From a bacterium (GTDB lineage Bacteria > Bacillota > Clostridia > Oscillospirales > CAG-272), in assembly GCA_004558975.1 (NCBI GenBank), contig SFZB01000003.1:1-61629 (forward strand): a stretch of DNA of 61,629 nt, given 5' to 3'. The notes under the pieces are model-generated. The model saw only the letters and a program-made list of their open reading frames with translations. It was not told the origin of the DNA and made no database searches. Shown here piece by piece: positions 1-8,467 of this stretch. The translations under genes were made by a program, and so were the position numbers. The first letter of the stretch is position 1; each line of letters begins with the position of its first letter.

Positions 1-107
1 CCGAGGAAGACATGATCAAAGTCAGAAACCTCGGCAGGAAGTCCCTGGATGAGGTCATCCAAAAGCTGCATTCCCTCGGTCTCGATCTGAAAAAGGTCGA
101 GGACTGA
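1..107 (+). CDS. rpoA: RNA polymerase alpha subunit, C-terminal fragment (5' end outside window)
   Basis: Frame 3 reads ...[34 protein letters not shown], with stop at 105-107. This is the alpha-CTD HhH-like motif VRNLGRKSL. It sits directly upstream of rplQ, as in the conserved rpoA-rplQ arrangement. Confidence 0.75.
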   Translation, partial: EEDMIKVRNLGRKSLDEVIQKLHSLGLDLKKVED

Positions 108-137
108 CGGAGCCAAATACAATAGGAGGTAACGAAA

Positions 138-503
138 ATGCCTATGAGAAAACTCGGCAGACCGACTGCCCATAGAAATGCAATGCTCCGCGGCCTGGTG
201 ACCTACCTGATCGAGAAAGGTCAGTTGGAGACCACCTACACGCGTGCTAAGGAGATCAGCGCACTCGCTGACAAAATGATTACGCTCGGCAAAGACGGCT
301 CTCTCGCCGCTTACCGTGCCGCGCTCGCTTTCATCACCAAGGAGAGCGTCGCGAAGAAACTGTTCGACACGATTGCTCCTGCGTATGCCAACGTCAACGG
401 CGGCTACACGCAGGTCTATAAGATGGGCCCCCGCCGCGGTGACGGCGCGGAGACCGCGATCGTCCGGCTTGTCAAAGTCGGTGGCGATACGGAAAAGAAG
501 TAA
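138..503 (+). CDS. rplQ: 50S ribosomal protein L17
   Basis: 121-aa ORF starting [21 protein letters not shown]...[25 protein letters not shown], a typical L17 sequence. RBS aggagg lies upstream. Confidence 0.95.
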   Translation: MPMRKLGRPTAHRNAMLRGLVTYLIEKGQLETTYTRAKEISALADKMITLGKDGSLAAYRAALAFITKESVAKKLFDTIAPAYANVNGGYTQVYKMGPRRGDGAETAIVRLVKVGGDTEKK

Positions 504-514
504 TTCCGTCACGA

Positions 515-543
515 AAGCACCGGGCTTGCCCGGTGCTTTTTTG
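515..543 (+). terminator. intrinsic terminator after rplQ
   Basis: Hairpin agcaccggg-cttg-cccggtgct followed by a T6 run. Confidence 0.7.
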
Positions 544-738
544 CCCTCACGGGCTGTCCGGGCATGACCCGGTATGCCTTGCCATGCACGGGGCACGGTA
601 GCCCCCGGGTGTTCCGTTGACGTTGATGATCCTTCGGTCGTTAGACCGTTTTTTAGCGGTTGCACGCCGGAGAGTGCTTTGTGAGGCGGAAGTATCATAG
701 TATTTTGAACGAAAGGCGTTTGAGGGGAGACACACCGC

Positions 739-1968
739 ATGACATATAAACGTTTCTTTTGGCGCGTCGGCAGGACCGTGCTGCTCTACGGGTGGTTTAT
801 CGGGCTGTCCGTCCTGATGGCGGCGCTCCTTGAAAGAGGGCTTCTCCCGCAGTTCCGCGCGATGCTCTCGTGGGGCACCACACTCGTGCTATGGATCGGG
901 AGTACCGTGCTCTCCTTTTTCGCCCTGTACTCCTGTCTGCGTCAGTTCGCGCTGAATGATACCGAGCGTTATAAGGCTTTTTCGGAGGGCGCGGACATCG
1001 CTGTCAAACCCTGTTGGCGGGACGCCGCGCGTGCGACGGTAAAATCACCGGCGTTCCTCTGTGAAACCGTGGTGTTGGTTGCCATGATCATGGGGTTGCC
1101 GACCGGTGCCGGCTGGGCGGGACTTGGCGCCCTCGCAGAGACGTACCTGCCGTTACCGCGGGTCCTCAGCCGGTTGCTCATCGGCGCACTTGTGTCGTTG
1201 ATCGGCACGGCGCTTAACCTCTCCGCACATATCAGCGCCGAGGCGAACTGGCGTCTGGACGCGAGGGCGGCCGCTATGAAGCAGGGATCCGTCGGAGGGA
1301 AGCGGGCGATGGCGCCCGGGTGGCGGCGCCTGCTGTTATATGCGTTTTTCGTTTCGCTCGGGTATACTTTTCTGTGTCTTGCCGGTCCTATGGTCGTATT
1401 CGCGGTTTTCGGTCTGCTCTATACCCTCGCCGGATTCCTCTCTTGGCAAGTTGCGGCGGTGTTCGCAGGGCTGTTTCTTTTGCTTCTGGCACATCGGTAT
1501 CTCCGGGCGCTCCGCGCCGTCAGGCGTTTTAAAAAAGATGTTCTGGCGGTCTGCCGCGAGGCGGGCTACACCTGCTCCGGCTTTTCGCATCTGTATGGTT
1601 CCGTCTTTCCCGGGAAACGGTGCGGCACATTTTCGGTTGTCGCCGGCGGGAAACGATATGCCTGTTGCGTCGCCGGCGCCGTCCGGCGGGGAAACCGTAT
1701 GCTCATCACCGGAAATGACTGCATTCATGAGTACGTATTCCGGTTGTTCAAACGCCCTCTGCTTTGTTATTATCACAGTACCTCCCTCGACTTCCCGGCG
1801 GACGGGGAACGGATCCTCATCGTCCACCCCGCGCCGTACACGATCATGGTCGGGACGGACGGTGTCGTGCGGGAGGGAGTGACGGGGGATCGCGTCGGGA
1901 AATCAATCCTGTACACCGCCGCGAATTTTCTCGGGTGCCTGGCGCGTGATTGCATCGGGAAAAACTGA
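739..1968 (+). CDS. hypothetical polytopic membrane protein with Cys-rich soluble C-terminal domain
   Basis: 409-aa ORF with RBS gaggggag 8 nt upstream of the ATG. About 6-7 hydrophobic helices lie in the first ~250 aa. The last ~150 aa are soluble and contain about 9 Cys. I recognise no family. Confidence 0.6.
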   Translation: MTYKRFFWRVGRTVLLYGWFIGLSVLMAALLERGLLPQFRAMLSWGTTLVLWIGSTVLSFFALYSCLRQFALNDTERYKAFSEGADIAVKPCWRDAARATVKSPAFLCETVVLVAMIMGLPTGAGWAGLGALAETYLPLPRVLSRLLIGALVSLIGTALNLSAHISAEANWRLDARAAAMKQGSVGGKRAMAPGWRRLLLYAFFVSLGYTFLCLAGPMVVFAVFGLLYTLAGFLSWQVAAVFAGLFLLLLAHRYLRALRAVRRFKKDVLAVCREAGYTCSGFSHLYGSVFPGKRCGTFSVVAGGKRYACCVAGAVRRGNRMLITGNDCIHEYVFRLFKRPLLCYYHSTSLDFPADGERILIVHPAPYTIMVGTDGVVREGVTGDRVGKSILYTAANFLGCLARDCIGKN

Positions 1969-2071
1969 TGTCAGGTGTTTTCATCGCTTTGCCGCCGGAC
2001 GGGGGAACGTGTGTCCCCGAGCCGTGAGACAGAACTGCTTTTATTCGACCGATTTGTTAACGGAACGGTGC

Positions 2072-2099
2072 TTGACAAAGCAGAAAAGTGCTGTATAAT
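2072..2099 (+). promoter_or_regulatory. sigma-A-type promoter for rubrerythrin
   Basis: TTGACA (2072-2077), 16-nt spacer, TATAAT (2094-2099). Confidence 0.55.
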
Positions 2100-2170
2100 G
2101 GAGATAAACGGGAGCCGTGCGGCGGGATGTCGCCATCAAGCGGCTCTTACTTGAAAGGAGCAGAAATTCC

Positions 2171-2704
2171 ATGGAACTTAAGGGAACCAAAACCGAAAAG
2201 AACCTCTGGGCGGCTTTCGCCGGTGAGAGCCAAGCCCGCAATAAGTACACCTATTTCGCGTCCGTCGCGAAGCGCGAGGGATACGAGCAGATCGCCGCCA
2301 TTTTTCTGAAAACGGCGGAGAACGAAAAAGAACACGCCAAGCTGTGGTTCCGCGAGCTCGGCGGCATCGGTGATACCGCCGCTAATCTGGAGGCTGCCGC
2401 CGCCGGGGAAAACTACGAATGGACGGATATGTACGAGCAGTTCGCCCGTGAGGCGGAGGAGGAGGGTTTCAAGGCACTCGCCGCCCGCTTCCGTATGGTC
2501 GGCGCGATTGAGAAAGCGCACGAGGAGCGCTACCGTGCCCTGCTCCACAATGTGGAGGCGCAGGAAGTGTTCAAAAAGAGTGAGGTCAAGGTGTGGGAGT
2601 GCCGCAACTGCGGTCATATCGTCGTCGGTACCAAGGCGCCCGAGATCTGCCCCGTCTGCGCGCACCCGCAGAGTTTCTTTGAAGTGCGCGAGGAGAATTA
2701 TTGA
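2171..2704 (+). CDS. rbr: rubrerythrin
   Basis: From the internal ATG at 2171 (RBS aaaggag) the ORF reads [26 protein letters not shown]. Diiron E..H motifs are present, and the C-terminal rubredoxin-like part has CRNCG...CPVC. The track ORF start at 2117 lacks an RBS. Confidence 0.9.
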   Translation: MELKGTKTEKNLWAAFAGESQARNKYTYFASVAKREGYEQIAAIFLKTAENEKEHAKLWFRELGGIGDTAANLEAAAAGENYEWTDMYEQFAREAEEEGFKALAARFRMVGAIEKAHEERYRALLHNVEAQEVFKKSEVKVWECRNCGHIVVGTKAPEICPVCAHPQSFFEVREENY

Positions 2705-2781
2705 TCTTTTAGCACGGAGTACCCCCGCGCACCCGACGGCACAAGGAACCCATGATGCCGTCGCCCCTATCCCGAACCAAA

Positions 2782-2809
2782 AGCGCCGCCCGGCGGGCGG
2801 CGCTTTTTG
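2782..2809 (+). terminator. intrinsic terminator after rbr
   Basis: Hairpin agcgccgcc-cggcg-ggcggcgct followed by a T5 run. Confidence 0.7.
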
Positions 2810-2972
2810 ATTTCTCGTCCTTGCGGGGGTGTCGAAAGGCTTTGCAAGAACTAACGACAAAAAATCCGCCACAGGACGGACAACTCGCCAAAATCAAGGC
2901 ACCGCTCGGCGCCGGGGAATGACTATTATGAATCAATAGGCAATTAAACTTGCATAATAGGCGTTTCTTCTA

Positions 2973-3001
2973 TTGACGCGTCACGCCGAATATGATATAC
3001 T
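2973..3001 (+). promoter_or_regulatory. sigma-A-type promoter for the citrate synthase-like/aconitase/IDH operon
   Basis: TTGACG (2973-2978), 17-nt spacer, TATACT (2996-3001). The TTG that opens the track ORF at 2973 is this -35 box. Confidence 0.55.
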
Positions 3002-3032
3002 TATGTATATTTTATCGACGGGAGAACACCCC

Positions 3033-4415
3033 ATGCTCTACAAAAACGAACAATCGAATCTGCTGGAAATTTCCCAGTATCGGTATTCTCTGCAGGACGT
3101 GCCGGACCCGAATCTGTACCGCGAGATCTATCCGTTCTCGGAGGTGCCGAAGATTCCTTTCAACCATCGCCACGTGCCGATCCAGATGCCGAAACACATT
3201 TGGCTGACCGACACGACCTTCCGTGACGGTCAGCAGTCGCGTGCGCCGTATACGGTCGACCAGATCGTGCATCTGTTCTCCCTGCTCTCGAAGCTGGGCG
3301 GGGAAAACGGCATTATCCGGCAGAGCGAGTTTTTCGTGTACAGCGAGAAAGACCGTGAGGCGGTACGCCGCTGTCAGGAGCTCGGGCTCCGTTTCCCGGA
3401 GATTACGACGTGGATCCGCGCGAACAAGCGCGATTTTGAACTCGTGCGGGATATCGGTATCGAAGAGACGGGGATTCTCGTCTCCTGCTCGGATTATCAC
3501 ATCTTCAAGAAACTAGGTATGACGCGTTCCCAGGCTATGCAACATTATCTGAAGATCGTGGGCGAGGCGCTCGACGCGGGTCTGCGTCCGAGATGCCACC
3601 TGGAGGATATTACACGCGCAGACTTTTACGGTTTTGTCGTGCCGTTCGTCAACGCCCTGACGGAGCTTTCGGAGCAGGCGGGAATCCCCGTCAAGATCCG
3701 TATGTGCGATACCATGGGGCTCGGCGTGAATTACAGCGGCGTTGCGCTCCCGCGCAGCGTGCCCGGCATTGTCTACGGTCTGCATCACTACGCGCAGGTG
3801 CCCTCCGAGCTGCTCGAGTGGCACGGGCACAACGACTTCTATAAGGCGGTGTCCAACGCGGGTGCGGCGTGGCTGTACGGTGCCTCCGCCGTCAACTGCT
3901 CGCTCCTCGGGATCGGGGAGCGGACGGGGAATATTCCGCTCGAGGCGATGGTCATGGAATATGCCTCCCTCCGCGGCTCCCTTGACGGTATGCACCCCGA
4001 GGTCATCACCGAGATCGCGGAATACTACGAGAAGGAACTGCACTATAACGTGCCGCCGATGACCCCGTTCGTCGGTGAGAACTTCAATGTCACACGTGCC
4101 GGGATCCATGCCGACGGCATGATGAAGGACGCGGAGATCTATAACATTTTCGACACCGAGGCGATCCTCAACCGTCCGGCGAACGTCTCGGTCAGCGCGA
4201 CCTCCGGGCTCGCGGGGATTGCTTTCTGGATTAACAACCACTACAATCTGACGGGCGACCATATGGTCACGAAGCAATCGCCGCTGGTGGAGGAGGCAAA
4301 AGAAATCATTGACCGACTGTATGCGGACGGCAGAACGACCGTCATGAGCACGGAGGAACTCGAGACGCTCATCGAGGAGCTGACCGCCGGACATTTCACA
4401 AGACCGAAAGGATAA
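3033..4415 (+). CDS. HMGL-like enzyme of the isopropylmalate/homocitrate synthase family, probable Re-citrate synthase
   Basis: The motif LTDTTFRDGQQ and later HxH-type metal ligands (EWHGHNDF) indicate a DRE-TIM aldolase. Start chosen at ATG 3033 with RBS gggaga. It is tightly packed with aconitase and IDH (3-nt gaps). That arrangement matches the Clostridium kluyveri Re-citrate synthase precedent. Confidence 0.75.
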   Translation: MLYKNEQSNLLEISQYRYSLQDVPDPNLYREIYPFSEVPKIPFNHRHVPIQMPKHIWLTDTTFRDGQQSRAPYTVDQIVHLFSLLSKLGGENGIIRQSEFFVYSEKDREAVRRCQELGLRFPEITTWIRANKRDFELVRDIGIEETGILVSCSDYHIFKKLGMTRSQAMQHYLKIVGEALDAGLRPRCHLEDITRADFYGFVVPFVNALTELSEQAGIPVKIRMCDTMGLGVNYSGVALPRSVPGIVYGLHHYAQVPSELLEWHGHNDFYKAVSNAGAAWLYGASAVNCSLLGIGERTGNIPLEAMVMEYASLRGSLDGMHPEVITEIAEYYEKELHYNVPPMTPFVGENFNVTRAGIHADGMMKDAEIYNIFDTEAILNRPANVSVSATSGLAGIAFWINNHYNLTGDHMVTKQSPLVEEAKEIIDRLYADGRTTVMSTEELETLIEELTAGHFTRPKG

Positions 4416-4418
4416 ACA

Positions 4419-6353
4419 ATGGGACTGACACTCGCACAGAAGATCATCAGGGATCATCTTGTCTCGGGCACGATGCGCCCGGGGGAGGAAATCGGGCTCC
4501 GGATCGACCAGACGCTGACGCAGGACGCGACCGGCACCATGGCGTACCTGCAGCTGGAAGCCATGGGCATCGAGCAGGTGAAGACCGAGCTCTCGGTCGC
4601 TTATGTCGACCATAACACTTTGCAGGCGGGGTTCGAGAACGCCGACGATCACCGATACATACGCACGGTCGCCGCGCGGCACGGCATCCGATTCTCCCGC
4701 CCGGGGAACGGCATCTGCCATCAGGTGCATCTTGAGCGCTTCGGCGTGCCGGGAAAGACGCTCATCGGCTCCGACAGTCATACGCCGACTGCCGGCGGGC
4801 TCTGCATGATGGGGATGGGCGCCGGCGGGCTGGACGTCGCCGTGGCGATGGGTGGCGGTACCTACTATATCACCATGCCGCGCATCATCGGCGTTCGTCT
4901 GACGGGGCGGCTCGCTCCGTGGGTCAGCGCCAAGGACATCATTCTCGAGGTGCTGCGCCGCCTCGGCGTTAAGGGCGGCGTCGGCGCCGTCCTCGAATAC
5001 TATGGCGATGGGGTGGAGACGCTCTCCGTCCCCCAGCGCGCGACCGTCACCAATATGGGGGCGGAGCTCGGCGCGACGACCTCGCTGTTCCCCTCCGACG
5101 AAAGGACGCGGGAGTTCCTCGCACGCGAGGGACGTGAGAATGCATGGCGCGAGATTCGACCCGACGCGGATGCCGCTTATGACGAGACGCTCACGATCGA
5201 TCTCTCGGCATTGGTGCCTCTCGCCGCTTGCCCGCACAGCCCCGACAACGTCCGCCCCGTCTCCGAGCTTGCGGGGATGCCGGTCGACCAGGTATGTATC
5301 GGCTCCTGCACCAACTCCTCGATGCAGGATATGCTGACGGTCGCCGCGATTCTGCGGGGCAAGACCGTCGCGCCGAATGTCTCCCTTTCCGTTTCGCCCG
5401 GTTCCCGTCAGGTCTACGCCATGCTGGCACAGACAGGGGCGCTGACCGATCTGATCGCGGCGGGCGCCCGCATTCTCGAATGCGCCTGCGGTCCCTGCAT
5501 CGGCATGGGCTTCTCTCCGAACTCGGGGGGCATCTCCCTGCGGACGTTCAATCGCAACTTCGAGGCGCGGAGCGGGACGAAGGACGCGCAGGTGTATCTC
5601 GTCTCCCCGGAGGTTGCGGCGGTGAGCGCCGTCGCGGGCGTATTCTGCGACCCGACGACCTGCGGTGCCCCTCCGCGAGTGACGCTGCCGCAGACGTTCG
5701 ATCTTGACGACAATATGATCCTCCCTCCGGCATCGCCCGAGGAGGCGCCCTCTGTCGAGGTTTTGCGCGGACCGAACATTAAGCCGATCCCCGTCGGGGT
5801 CGCCCCGGCGGAGACGCTGGCGGCGCCGTTGATCCTGAAGGTCGGCGACAACATCACGACCGATCACATTATGCCGGCGGGGGCGAAAATTTTGCCGTAC
5901 CGATCCAATGTCCCGAAACTCTCCGAGTATTGCTTTACGGTGTGTGACCCCACGTTCCCGGAGCGCGCAAAGCGTGCGGGGGAGGGAATCATCGTCGGCG
6001 GTGCCAACTACGGGCAGGGCTCCTCGCGGGAGCACGCCGCGCTCGTGCCGCTTTATCTCGGGATCCGTGCGGTGATTGCCAAAAGTTTTGCGAGAATCCA
6101 CAAGGCGAACCTCATCAATTTCGGCATCGTGCCGCTGACGTTTATCGACCCGGCAGATGCCGATCGGCTCGCCGAGGGCGACGCCCTGCGGCTCCCCGGT
6201 TTCCGCCGGGCGATTGCGGAGGGAGAGACGGTCACGCTGTATGATGACACTACGGGGGCGGAGATCCCTCTGCGGCTCGACTTTACGGCAAGAGAGCGGG
6301 AGATCCTGCTCGCCGGCGGGCTTCTCAATTTGACGAAAGAGAGGAACCTTTGA
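4419..6353 (+). CDS. aconitate hydratase
   Basis: 644 aa. Fe-S ligand context is present: IGSDSHT and CIGSCTNSS...CGPCIGMG. A swivel domain lies at the C-terminus. Confidence 0.9.
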   Translation: MGLTLAQKIIRDHLVSGTMRPGEEIGLRIDQTLTQDATGTMAYLQLEAMGIEQVKTELSVAYVDHNTLQAGFENADDHRYIRTVAARHGIRFSRPGNGICHQVHLERFGVPGKTLIGSDSHTPTAGGLCMMGMGAGGLDVAVAMGGGTYYITMPRIIGVRLTGRLAPWVSAKDIILEVLRRLGVKGGVGAVLEYYGDGVETLSVPQRATVTNMGAELGATTSLFPSDERTREFLAREGRENAWREIRPDADAAYDETLTIDLSALVPLAACPHSPDNVRPVSELAGMPVDQVCIGSCTNSSMQDMLTVAAILRGKTVAPNVSLSVSPGSRQVYAMLAQTGALTDLIAAGARILECACGPCIGMGFSPNSGGISLRTFNRNFEARSGTKDAQVYLVSPEVAAVSAVAGVFCDPTTCGAPPRVTLPQTFDLDDNMILPPASPEEAPSVEVLRGPNIKPIPVGVAPAETLAAPLILKVGDNITTDHIMPAGAKILPYRSNVPKLSEYCFTVCDPTFPERAKRAGEGIIVGGANYGQGSSREHAALVPLYLGIRAVIAKSFARIHKANLINFGIVPLTFIDPADADRLAEGDALRLPGFRRAIAEGETVTLYDDTTGAEIPLRLDFTAREREILLAGGLLNLTKERNL

Positions 6354-6356
6354 CGC

Positions 6357-7523
6357 ATGGACTATACAAAAGAACTGGATATTGCCTGCGAGAAATTCCG
6401 GCGCATCATGGAGGGGCAGCTCCGCCGCGTCGAGGAGATGAAGGCGCAGGGGGACTTTATTGATTACGGGTCGCTCGAAAAGCTCCGCATCGGTGTGTGC
6501 GGCGGTGACGGCATCGGACCCGTCATTACCCGCGAGGCGGAGCGCGTCCTGCGCGCGATTCTCTCGGACGAGGTGGCGGCGGGGAAGGTCGAGTTTGTAC
6601 CGATCGACGGGCTGACACTCGAGCATCGCATCGAGGCGATGCAGGCGATCCCCGACGACGTGATGGCACAACTGAAATCCTGCCAGGTGATTCTCAAGGG
6701 TCCGACCACCACGCCGCAGAAGGGCAGCGGCATGCCGAACATCGAGAGCGCCAACGTCGCGATGCGCAAAGCCCTCGACCTGTTCGCCAATATCCGCCCC
6801 GTGAAGGTGCCCGCCGAGGGCATTCACTGGACGATCTTCCGCGAGAACACGGAGGGCGGTTACGCCGTCGGGAACAGCGGCTTCAACGTGACGGACGACC
6901 TCGCGATGGACTTTGTCGTGACGACGAAACAAGGCTCCGAGCGTATTGCTCGCATCGCTTACGATTACGCGCGGCGGAACGGCTTCACGCGCGTTTCGCT
7001 CGTCACCAAGGCGAATATCGTCAAGACGACGGACGGCAACTTCCTCGAGGACTGCCACCGCGTGGCGGCGCTTTATCCCGAGATCACCACCGACGAATGG
7101 TATGCCGACATCATGACGGCGAAGCTCGTCGACGAGAAACGCCGCCGTGACTTCCAGGTGCTCCTGCTCCCGAACCTCTACGGCGATATCATCTCCGATG
7201 AGGCGGCGGAGTTCCAGGGCGGCGTCGGCACGGCGGGCTGTGCCAATATCGGCAAAAAATACGCCATGTTCGAGGCGATCCACGGCTCGGCACCCCGCAT
7301 GGTCGCAGAGGGGCGCGGGAAGTACGCCGACCCCTGCTCGATGCTCCGTGCCTGCGTCATGCTGCTCTCGCACATCGGAAAACAGGAGAAAGCCGACCGC
7401 CTCGAGCGCGCGCTCGACATCTGCTGCTTTGAGGAGCGGCGTCTGACCATCACCGGGCGGGACACGGGTGCTACCTGTGAAGCCTTCGGCAACTACGTCA
7501 TGGAGACACTCGCGCGGCTCTGA
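6357..7523 (+). CDS. icd: isocitrate dehydrogenase (isocitrate/isopropylmalate dehydrogenase family)
   Basis: 388 aa. Contains LLPNLYGDIISDEAAEFQGGVGTAGCANIG, the signature region of beta-decarboxylating dehydrogenases. It is the third gene of the operon. Confidence 0.85.
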   Translation: MDYTKELDIACEKFRRIMEGQLRRVEEMKAQGDFIDYGSLEKLRIGVCGGDGIGPVITREAERVLRAILSDEVAAGKVEFVPIDGLTLEHRIEAMQAIPDDVMAQLKSCQVILKGPTTTPQKGSGMPNIESANVAMRKALDLFANIRPVKVPAEGIHWTIFRENTEGGYAVGNSGFNVTDDLAMDFVVTTKQGSERIARIAYDYARRNGFTRVSLVTKANIVKTTDGNFLEDCHRVAALYPEITTDEWYADIMTAKLVDEKRRRDFQVLLLPNLYGDIISDEAAEFQGGVGTAGCANIGKKYAMFEAIHGSAPRMVAEGRGKYADPCSMLRACVMLLSHIGKQEKADRLERALDICCFEERRLTITGRDTGATCEAFGNYVMETLARL

Positions 7524-7552
7524 CCCGGAGCCGGGGAGTTCCCGCTCAGAAA

Positions 7553-7600
7553 CAAATCAAAAAGCAAATCAAAAAGCAAATCAAAAAGCAAATCAAAAAG
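7553..7600. repeat. perfect tandem repeat, 4 x 12 bp (CAAATCAAAAAG)
   Basis: Counted directly. The four units are identical and abut the terminator hairpin at 7602. Confidence 0.95.
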
Positions 7601-7601
7601 C

Positions 7602-7633
7602 AAGGCGGAGCCGCAAAATAACGGCTCCGCCTT
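7602..7633. terminator. bidirectional intrinsic terminator between convergent icd and aroK
   Basis: Hairpin aaggcggagccg-caaaataa-cggctccgcctt. On the minus strand it is followed by GCTTTTTGATTT x4. On the plus strand it is followed by ttgtcatattt. Confidence 0.75.
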
Positions 7634-7688
7634 GTCATATTTGAGGGGTGCGGCGAAACACGGGAGAGGGAACTCCGCCGTGACGGGG

Positions 7689-7750
7689 GCGAAAAAGTGG
7701 GGACGCGAAAAAGTGGGAAAGCGAAAAAACGAGGTGCGAATCGTGGGGAC
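7689..7750. repeat. degenerate tandem repeat, 4 x 15-16 bp (GCGAAAAAGTGGGGA-like)
   Basis: The units are gcgaaaaagtggggac, gcgaaaaagtgggaaa, gcgaaaaaacgaggt and gcgaatcgtggggac. They lie just 3' of the aroK stop. Confidence 0.6.
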
Positions 7751-7764
7751 GCCGGGGAGGTGCG

Positions 7765-8262
7765 TTACAGCCCGAGCGCCGCGAGCATGGCGCCCAGCGC
7801 CCCGGCGGTGTCCAGCCCCGTGAGGTCGGCGGTGGCGTCCGCCCACTGCTCGTAGAGACGCGTGCGTTCCCGGTAGAGCGCCCGGATGTCGGAACAGCCG
7901 TGGAGAATGACGCCGCGGCGGTGGAGGTCGCCGACGCGAGCTGTGACTTCCTCCTCGCTGACTTTCAGGTAGAGGACGGTGCCGATCGACGCGAGGTGCC
8001 GCATGCCCTCGGCGGAGTAAACGGCGCTCCCGCCCGTGGCGATGACGGCGTTCTCTGCCTCGACGCGTGCGAGCAGCGCCCCCTCGCGAGCGAGAAACGC
8101 GTCCTCGCCCTCGCGGTCGATGAGTGCCTCAAGGCTCGCGCCCCCCTCTTTCTGAATGAGCAGGTCGGTGTCGATGAAATTCATGACGCATTTTTTCGCG
8201 AGCAGCACGCCCACCGTACTTTTCCCGGCGGAGGGCATACCGATTAACACAATATTTTTCAA
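7765..8262 (-). CDS. aroK: shikimate kinase
   Basis: Reads (M)KNIVLIGMPSAGKSTVGVLLAKK...FIDTDLLI, giving a P-loop and a shikimate kinase N-terminus. Start assigned to TTG 8262, 7 nt after AGGAG. The longer track ORF (to 8505) has no RBS and overlaps the ptcA start. Confidence 0.8.
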   Translation of the reverse strand: MKNIVLIGMPSAGKSTVGVLLAKKCVMNFIDTDLLIQKEGGASLEALIDREGEDAFLAREGALLARVEAENAVIATGGSAVYSAEGMRHLASIGTVLYLKVSEEEVTARVGDLHRRGVILHGCSDIRALYRERTRLYEQWADATADLTGLDTAGALGAMLAALGL

Positions 8263-8375
8263 AATGAAGCTCCTGACCGCGCCGCGCCGGCGCCGAAAAT
8301 CCGAGTGCCGTGCGGGGAACCATGTGCACCGCGGCAAATCTCTCGGTGAAATCCCTTTCATCTTACTATAAAATC

Positions 8376-8405
8376 GCGCGCCTGTAAAGGGCGCGTTTTC
8401 TTTTG
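8376..8405 (+). terminator. orphan terminator-like hairpin upstream of ptcA (candidate attenuator)
   Basis: A 6-bp GC stem cgcgcc/ggcgcg with a 7-nt loop, followed by ttttctttt. No plus-strand gene lies upstream of it. Confidence 0.35.
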
Positions 8406-8467
8406 CATAAAAAAAGCCGTTTCCTCGCAAGATAAAATCATCAATACAACGGAAAGCGTGGAGAAAC

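Noticed and set aside
2041-2170. A PerR/Fur-type operator upstream of rubrerythrin.
   Set aside because: I looked for a TTATAAT-n-ATTATAA-like palindrome around the promoter. Only a partial match (tataatggagataa) is present, which is not enough to claim.
2973-3032. The upstream TTG start (2973) of the citrate synthase-like ORF given in the track.
   Set aside because: That TTG is the first three bases of a TTGACG -35 box with a properly spaced TATACT. ATG 3033 has a GGGAGA RBS and gives an N-terminus that starts shortly before the conserved catalytic core.
3513-7373. 1286-aa minus-strand ORF, the longest in the window.
   Set aside because: It lies entirely antisense to three well-supported plus-strand genes (citrate synthase-like, aconitase, IDH). 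Its translation is R/G/D/H/A-rich low-complexity with no motifs and no RBS. This is the typical stop-codon-poor antisense frame of GC3-rich genes.
7553-7600. Whether the tandem repeats here, at 33193-33269 and at 50817-50876 could be CRISPR arrays.
   Set aside because: The units are contiguous with no unique spacers. They are only 11-20 bp long, and no cas genes are present. They are simple tandem repeats.
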